Both the position numbers and the translations under genes were made by a program. A model generated the notes under the pieces. That model worked only from the letters and a program-made list of their open reading frames with translations. It ran no database searches and was not told the DNA's origin. A stretch of 64,000 nucleotides of DNA from Azolla caroliniana (taxonomy: Eukaryota; Plantae; Polypodiophyta), in the NCBI GenBank assembly GCA_043228905.1, contig JBHGNT010000001.1, forward strand, positions 2,294,001 to 2,358,000, read 5' to 3'. Shown here piece by piece: positions 56,529-64,000 of the stretch. Each line of letters begins with the position of its first letter. Position 1 is the first letter of the stretch.

Positions 56529-59500
56529 CTATGACATAGCATTTTTGTTACTAATATCCTTTGGACTGGTGTCACTATCATTAATAGTTTTGTGTTGTTG
56601 GATCACTAGAATGGAAGACTTCATCTCAATACTAGCATTTGCAAGAGCCTCTCCAACAACCCCCAACTCCGAGCTTTCCAACTGCCTCTCCATTGATGCA
56701 GGTACAACTAGTGTTGTGTGCCCCTTTCCAATTAGGATCAACGAAAAATCATGAGATTTTGCAATTGCTAGCACTGCCTCGGTCGGGCTCCCATAGTGTT
56801 TTTCTTTGTAAGACATGTCTTGTGCACTATCTTTCACCTTATTGCCCATGAATACCTTTACACTAGACAAGCTTTCCTCATCTAATTTTATGTCATCGGT
56901 ATCTACAATGCTCACCACATGATTTTGCAGTTGACCTTGATTGGGCATAAACCTAAAGACTTGTAGGCTTATGTTTGGATGTTCTACTAGTCTTCTACCA
57001 AATGTTAGAGCTTCTCTATCATCCGGTCCTCCAAAGAAGAAAACAGCCACTTTCCGTGATGTGGTGGACTCTGATAGTGTTTCTGAGCCCCAAACACCCC
57101 TATCTACAAGTATTCCTATGGAGCACGGTGCATGGTTCATTACTCTATGATTGAATGTCCTCAACCCAGAATTCACATGCTCCATGGTACCATCTTCTTT
57201 TTGATAGAAATTGAATGGCAAGAGGATGATAGTAGCCCTCCTTTCGGCAGCGGTGTTGCACACATCATAATGCATGTTGGAAAGCTCTGAGACGGCCGTC
57301 AGGAGTCTGACCGGGACTTTCGAGATTTGTCCATATGCTTTGAAGGCAACCAAAAGATTGTCTTCAGGGTGCTTTCTTCCATCATCTTTTTGGGCTCGGC
57401 TTAAGGTCATGATCGACGAAGTTCGATCAGACAACTCGATCAAATGCATAACAAAGAGCTTCAGAGACCTTTTCTTTGAGACACCTCGGCAAGCCTCGAC
57501 AAAGTTTACCAGAGCTGGTATGCTTCGAGTACCATGGACACATGCAAGGATACGAAGTTGGTCTTTCTTCCCTGTGGTTCCCTCAAGTTTCCGGTTTAAA
57601 TAAGGCGCAGGTGTCCGTGCTGGTTTATACAATGCCATCACTGCCGGGGTCGTGAAAAACATCAAGATGAGGCACATTAATACCAAGATGGCAAATATTT
57701 GATCATCGAATACCTACATACAATCCGAGGAGAATGTAAGCAAAACAACCTTTTGAACACCATTTGCATAGTCATTTGTAGAGGCTATATATTCGAAATT
57801 GTTTCAAGGAGTTATTTGTAAATAAAAATAAAAGGTGAAAAAGGTGAGTAGAAAAGTGTATAGACCTATTGACCTACTTTGTGAAGCCACTTGGAATTTA
57901 CTGAGTAGGTTAATAAAGCAATAGAAAAGTGTATCAACCTATTTACCTATTTATTGCATTCTTACGCCACTTGAAATTTACCAAGTAGTTTAATAGACGT
58001 AATAGAAAAGTGTATCAATCTTTTGTTGGGTGTTTTACCATTGTGGTTATGAAATATAAAGAGTAAAGCACATATATGGCTGTTCATTATGAGCTGGATA
58101 TATTTTTATGCATTATTTTGAGAAACCTAGTTTAAAAAGGTGTATATAACTACCCTAAATTTTAATAATTCTTTAATAAAGATTAGTGCCAATGATGGCA
58201 AATAACGAAAAAGTGCATCAATCTGTCACTGCTGTGTTGAAAATATTTAAAGGATTATAAATAAGAAGTAGTCACACAGGATTGTTTTGTTTTGTCATGC
58301 CATAGAGGTACACATGGCTTGTTCTATTTTTGTGCTGAATAGATTTGTAGCATATTATTTAGATTAAAGCAAACCACAAATGCCACTTTTTTCATGCACA
58401 CACATGGCTTGTTTTATAATGCTTTGAATGTTGTATGAACAGGGGACAGACAATACATGACACCTTGTGCTTTGTACGCAGTATCTAGTTTTGGCATGGA
58501 CCTTAGATACTAACAGAAAACATCCTTGAATTGCACATAATGTATAGTTTTGACTCGAAAATTAGACTCGGATACTATTTTGAAGTCAATCTTACCCCAA
58601 GATCCTTGCCAATATTCAACACAATGAGCTCGACCAATCCCTTCGTGTTCATTAGAAACCCAAACGCAAACGCCTCTTTCAATGGCAACTTAATAGACAA
58701 TGCAACCGCAACTGTCGCCGAAATCTTTCCAAACCCTGCTATTAGAACAAGGAGAACTAGAAACCCAAATGATTTAGCACTATTTATACTACCAAGGTTG
58801 GTCTTGAGCCCACTGGACGCAAAGAAGAGAGGCAACATTAGGACGGTAACAAAGTCCTCGATCTTCTCGATCAGCATTTGGGCGAAAGTTCCTTCCTTGG
58901 GCACGATCAAGCCGAAAACGAAAGCTCCGAACAAAGGGTGTATACCGATCGCATCGGTGGTGAAACCCGACAAAAGCACGCCCATCATAGTTATGCACAC
59001 ATAGATCTCACTCACCACTTCTTGCCCTTCTACGCGATGGGCGATCCACTCCATGAATCTCTTCATGATAAAAAGCATGAAAAGCACGAAGATTAAACCG
59101 CTGATGAGGACATAGGCAGGGGTGGCAGGGCTGGAGCTAGGACCAGATAAGGCCACCCCGACGGCGAGAAGGATCCATGCGCACACATCGTTGATGGCGG
59201 CCGCCGGAACCACGACTTTCCCGAGGTTTGTCGCGAGCAATTTGCGCTCCGCCATTATCCTAACCAGCACAGGGAATGCAGTGATCGACAATGGAACGCC
59301 CATGAAGACCACCAATGGACCAAATTTCGTGTCCAAAGAGAGCGACTCCCGGACAAGATTGGCAACTCCGATCCCCCCGAGGAAAGGGACGGCGATGCCT
59401 GATAATGCTATGATGAGAGCAATTTTCCCACTCCTTCGTATCTCCTTGAGATCGAGCTCTAGACCCACCATAAACAAGAAGAACAGCAGGCCCAAGGTCG

Positions 59501-60218
59501 CCACGGTGTCGATGAGGGTTAAGCTGTTCTTGGGGAAGATTGCCTTCATGTAAGCTTCGCTTCTCCCAAGCCCTGAGGGCCCCAGGAGGACTCCTCCCTG
59601 CATAATAAGTTCAGTACATAGTAAAATGCAATCAGCACATAAAAAAACGTCGAGGTGGGATTCATTTAGGGTAGCCAATACGTGTTCTGAACATGAAAAC
59701 ACAATGGGTGTGGGGTTCGTTTCAGGTTTTACGGATTAGGATTCCGAAATTAGGGTTTGATGTTCAATGGTTAGGGTTTAAGGTTTATGGTATAATTAGT
59801 GTTCCTAATTAATGTTCAGGGTTACGGTTTGCATTAGTGTTCATAATTAAATATTCAGCGTTTGCATTTTAATGTTTTAGTCCTTAGGGTTTAGGGTTTA
59901 GGGTTTGGGTTTCCATAATTGTGTTTGGTGTATGGGGTTTTCTGTCATTGTGACCTGCATCTTGGTTTTAGGGTTTAAAGCTATATTGTGGTTTATTTCA
60001 GGTTTAGGGTGATTATTACTTACGATGACTTCCGCGAGGACTCGAGGTTGTCGGAATGGCTTGAATAGAAATGCCATGGTTCTGGTGACAACCAACACGA
60101 TTGTAATTTGAATGATGAGAAGCGGCAACGCGAAGTCGATCGGATTATTATGTTGCAAGACACCATTCGAGACCGCGTCTCTTACGGGAAAACACAAGTG
60201 AGTGGCATTTTGAGCCAT
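56529..60218 (-). CDS. CHX: Cation/H+ exchanger (CPA2, CHX18/19/20-like), ~793 aa
   Basis: Exons 60218-60024, 59597-58596, 57713-56529; 2382 nt. Motifs NPIDFALPLLIIQ, RQPRVLAEVIGGVLLGPS, SITAFPVL.RI, AAAINDV, MNTKGLVELIVLNIG, APCSIGILVDRG, FFGGPDDREAL. Confidence 0.95.
57849..58020. repeat. ~75-80-bp tandem repeat x2.3 in CHX intron 2
   Basis: TAGAAAAGTGTAT at ~57849, 57922 and 58003, with shared GCCACTTG.AATTTAC..AGTAG.TTAATA. Confidence 0.8.
59720..60010. repeat. Degenerate telomere-type/telo-box repeats in CHX intron 1
   Basis: TTAGGGTTTAGGGTTTAGGGTTT (~59885-59907) plus several scattered TTAGGGTTT/TCAGGTTT variants. Confidence 0.75.
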
Positions 60219-61549
60219 TTTATGTGTGCACAAATCCCAATAGAAAAACAATTGAGTTTCCTCAACCAAGGTTCACTATATATAGAGGACTCAACTAGAT
60301 AAAGAGGCGAAGTTAGTATCACTACATAGAGAATTCAAATGAGCAAAAGATAGAGACCAAGTGTAAACTCGCTCCCCATACCATTAAATGGATGATTTTC
60401 TACCTAAATAAGGCACAAAATAAGTGAACGTGAAGAAATAATACAGTTTTTGAAGCACATTTAGTAAGTTACGAGGGGGCGAGTATGATCAGGGTGGTGT
60501 TATATAGGATAGAGTGAGTAGAAAGAGTTTCCGACTTCTTGCAAAGATGAAAACTTTATGTCTATGTTTGTGAGAAAAGAAAATTCCAAAGAAGTATATA
60601 TAACAAAATTCCAGCACCCACCCACCCACCCATTCCACCGAGGGCTACTTTGTTGGTGGATTAATTATTTGCGATGAGAGAATCGTCATCCTATAGTGAT
60701 TGAGGGTGAACAGTGCGTGGACATCAGTAAGCACAAGAAAAGAAGAAAAAGGAGACAAACTGTGATGATGTCGGTAGATGGTTCGTTGTGGTTGATGTAT
60801 GTCCAAACTATGGTGAAAAAACACCAAGGAGGCACCCATTGAAGAATAAAAATGTAATAAACCTCTTCATGCAAACATTTACCATACATCAAATATTTCT
60901 TCTGCTCAATTTTGGTTTCATGCGATCCGATTCATTGACAAAAGTTAAATTGTAACTGGACCACTCAAAAGTAGGGGCAAAAAGCTCTTTTCTCTTTCTC
61001 TCTTTTGTCTCTATACTAATGTAAAGTGTTGGCACTGTGGAATATGGTTTTGTATAGTTTTGCCTTTGGTTAATTTTACATATACAATGCTTATACACCT
61101 CATTTTTCTCAAGTAGGATCTTCATCCACACAAAACAACATCACACACATGCATGTGTATATATATATATATATATTGTATGACAATCCATTTGAGACTC
61201 AAATACATGCAAATTGTGAACTGGCCTAGTTTTCCCAACACGGCTTCTGCTCCAACTCCAATCAATATGACCCACATGTGATGGATGTGCGATATAAAAG
61301 TAAGCGACCATCAACATAGATCTTGGAGATCCAATAAGGCATCGGATCTTAGATTGTCCCTACCCACCCATTTCTCCTTTTTTCTCTCGACAAGACAAAT
61401 GGAAAAGAATGTGTATATAATTATTTGTAACCAAATCACTCTTCTATCCCCTCTCTCTCTAGTGTATGATAGAGATTTATGAGTTTTCTCAACAAAACTC
61501 ACAAGTGAGATCACGCATAGATAGATCATGTTTTCTACATAGTAGATCA

Positions 61550-61900
61550 CACCCATGGTTAATGCCCCCTTATTGCTTACTATATTTTCACATCTAGTTC
61601 ACGTATAGGTTTTCGAGAAATATAAGACAATGCATGCTTCACATTGCATAGAACTTATGTTGAAAAAACAAAAAGAACCTTTGTTCGAATAGTTCGACTA
61701 CACGTACAAAGGTTTATTTTGTCAATTGTGCACGTGTAGATTGTGTTTTTTGCAAAGTGGATAAGATCCATGGTTAATGCTCTCTAATTACTTACTACAT
61801 TTTCAGATATAGGTTAATGAGAAATATAAGACAATGCAGGTTTCACATGTCAAATAACTTATGTTGAAAAATGAAAGTGAACCTTTGTCTGGATAGTCGA
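61550..61900. repeat. ~215-bp-period duplication upstream of CHX
   Basis: CCATGGTTAATGC...GAGAAATATAAGACAATGCA...AACTTATGTTGAAAAA...GAACCTTTGT occurs twice. Confidence 0.85.
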
Positions 61901-64000
61901 GGCTCTCCTAGTACACCTATTATGTAGTTCACAATTTGAATCGCCCATTTGGAACGACAGTGAGTAGATACACATGAAGTCTTGTCCATTGTGCGATTAT
62001 ATCAATTACACACAAATGGACAAGGAGTCTCTAAAGAAAAAGCAAGACATCTCAACTCCTTTACACATGCAAAACATTGAGTGGGGGATTTTTTCGCAAT
62101 CTAGCCATGGCGAACATTAGATCACTAATATTGTATTCTTACTTTAGAGACCATACATGTAGTGAGCGTGTGAACCATGATTACAAACATTGATTATGTA
62201 TTCTTAATTTAGAGACCGACAATTTAGAGAGTATATTGCATACAATGATCTTGGGATTGCCCTTTGCGAATCATGATGCATACTCTAATATCAATTGGAT
62301 ACTTAATACAAACCAAACCTTATATGTGCCCAATGTCAATTCATCTAGATTCCACTCTCTACTTCTTTTGCAGCACAACAAGTGTCTTGCAAATGAAATG
62401 CCTACTCATCTTTGAAAGTGGATTTATTCTATTTGCGAGAACAATTATAGATAAAGTTTCATATGTAATGACTATAATTGCCTAGTAAATGTTGAGATAG
62501 AGATATTCCATGAAATGAATTATTATGCATTATGAGGGATTTTGTCATGAACGATATTTCTTGACCTTGCCACAATTATTCATTTAACTTGCAAAAAACT
62601 AGAGTGGATTCAAATCATTGAGTATGGATAGAAACATCCTATGAAATTGATTAGGATGCAAAACAAATATTCTCAATGTATCGAAATAATCTTGACATTC
62701 CCACAAGTACAATTGCATAATTACATTTGAATAAACAGATGATCTTTTACACTCTAGAGTCGAGACATATATGTTGCTTTTAGTAATCAATGGATTTGTA
62801 ATTGGATTATGATACTTCAAATTTGGAATCACTAAGCAAATAAGGTTGCAAATAATCTAGCCAACCCATATGGCTACGTGCTATCATTGTGCTTGAAAGT
62901 ATTTTACTGTTATGAAAGTTGAATTTTGAATTTTTCTTTGAACAGGAGAGTGGGGATTTCAATTAGAACAAGTTAGTTTATCGTATTTGGAAATAACACA
63001 CACATTTGAATGCACATAAGGGTAACATCCCCTCCTTAACATTAGCCAAGTGGTAAATGGATAAGAGTTGGCATGACATTCTTTATGAACATTAAGCATA
63101 ATCCTCGACATATGGATGGTTTGAGGCTTGATCAATAGTGAGATCCTCGTTATGATACCTTAACTACAATGTTTTTGACAACATGTCATAAGACAACTAC
63201 TATGTGAAGAAGTAGAATATGCACACTACCATTACCCCTTTATGGGATGTAGTCAGGAATGTCCATGGGTACAGGGAGGTCGACCAATGAGGCGGAGCAT
63301 ACTTGTGTTCAAGGAGATTTTTACCCATGCCCTCACGTGCATGCGGACATTTCCTAGTGTCAACAAAATAATGATGGGCAATTTGTTAGTACTGCAAACA
63401 TTTAAATGTTGAAGTTTCACATTCAAAGAGCTTCACAAAGTAATAGTGGGCAAATTGTTATTATTTATGAGCATTTAAATGTTGAGGTTATACATTCATT
63501 TCGATATATCATAGAACTTTAATGCAAAATATGTGATATTTCGTTGTTGTTTTCAAAGTATACACATGGAATGGATATGAGGCTAGATAATAGGATATCT
63601 CGTTCATTCCCTTGCGTAGTGTTCAAGGAGTATTCTTCAAATGCTTCAATTGGGTAAACTCTTTTCCATATATTTTCACTCATCCTATAAGAATTTTGAT
63701 TGCTTTAAAAATTATTTGAGTTGTACTACAATACATACATTGGTAATATGGTTTGTTAGTTTTGTTGGAGATGCTCACTACACAAACTCTTTTGACCTTT
63801 TGATCCCAACGTAATACAAGTGTTCGAGCATCTTGAATTCTTTATGTGCACATCATCAAATGTGCATGAACATGAATAGGCACAAACACAAAACATGATG
63901 TTTGTGCTTAGCACCACCATTGGACAAGTATATGTTTGTGGGCTAGTCATTGTTGGCCTTAGTGAACATTTTGTCTCTATGTATGTTTAGTTAGTCGTGG

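Noticed and set aside
63040-63110. tRNA/SINE-like A-box TAGCCAAGTGGTAA
   Set aside because: No convincing B-box or cloverleaf.

Overview
Eukaryotic nuclear DNA from a land plant, not a prokaryote. A fern or other seed-free vascular plant is my inference from the PLS-PPR gene, the LINE type and the intron style. I assembled seven protein-coding genes by hand from splice sites and reading-frame phase: a TTI2/At2g39910-like HEAT/ARM protein (+, 12 exons), an At3g08020-like PHD-finger protein (+, 14 exons, one GC-AG intron), a TMK-type LRR receptor kinase (-, 2 exons), an intronless PLS-E PPR protein (+), a ribosomal S6 kinase (-, 7 exons), a NAC transcription factor (+) and a CHX cation/H+ exchanger (-, 3 exons). 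Mobile DNA comprises the 3' end and LTR of a Ty1/copia element, a near-intact EN-RT-CCHC LINE, older LINE and integrase relics, and tRNA-like SINE heads. The most striking unexplained pattern is that introns of unrelated genes are filled with degenerate tandem arrays built on splice-site-like units. In S6K intron 1, PHD intron 2 and TTI2 intron 10 the unit copies that intron's own 5' splice junction; the TMK intron has a related AG-8nt-GY cassette array. Second, the LINE endonuclease is interrupted by a ~320-bp insert that resembles the 5' part of an organellar group II intron. All homology calls are from remembered motifs; no database search was run.
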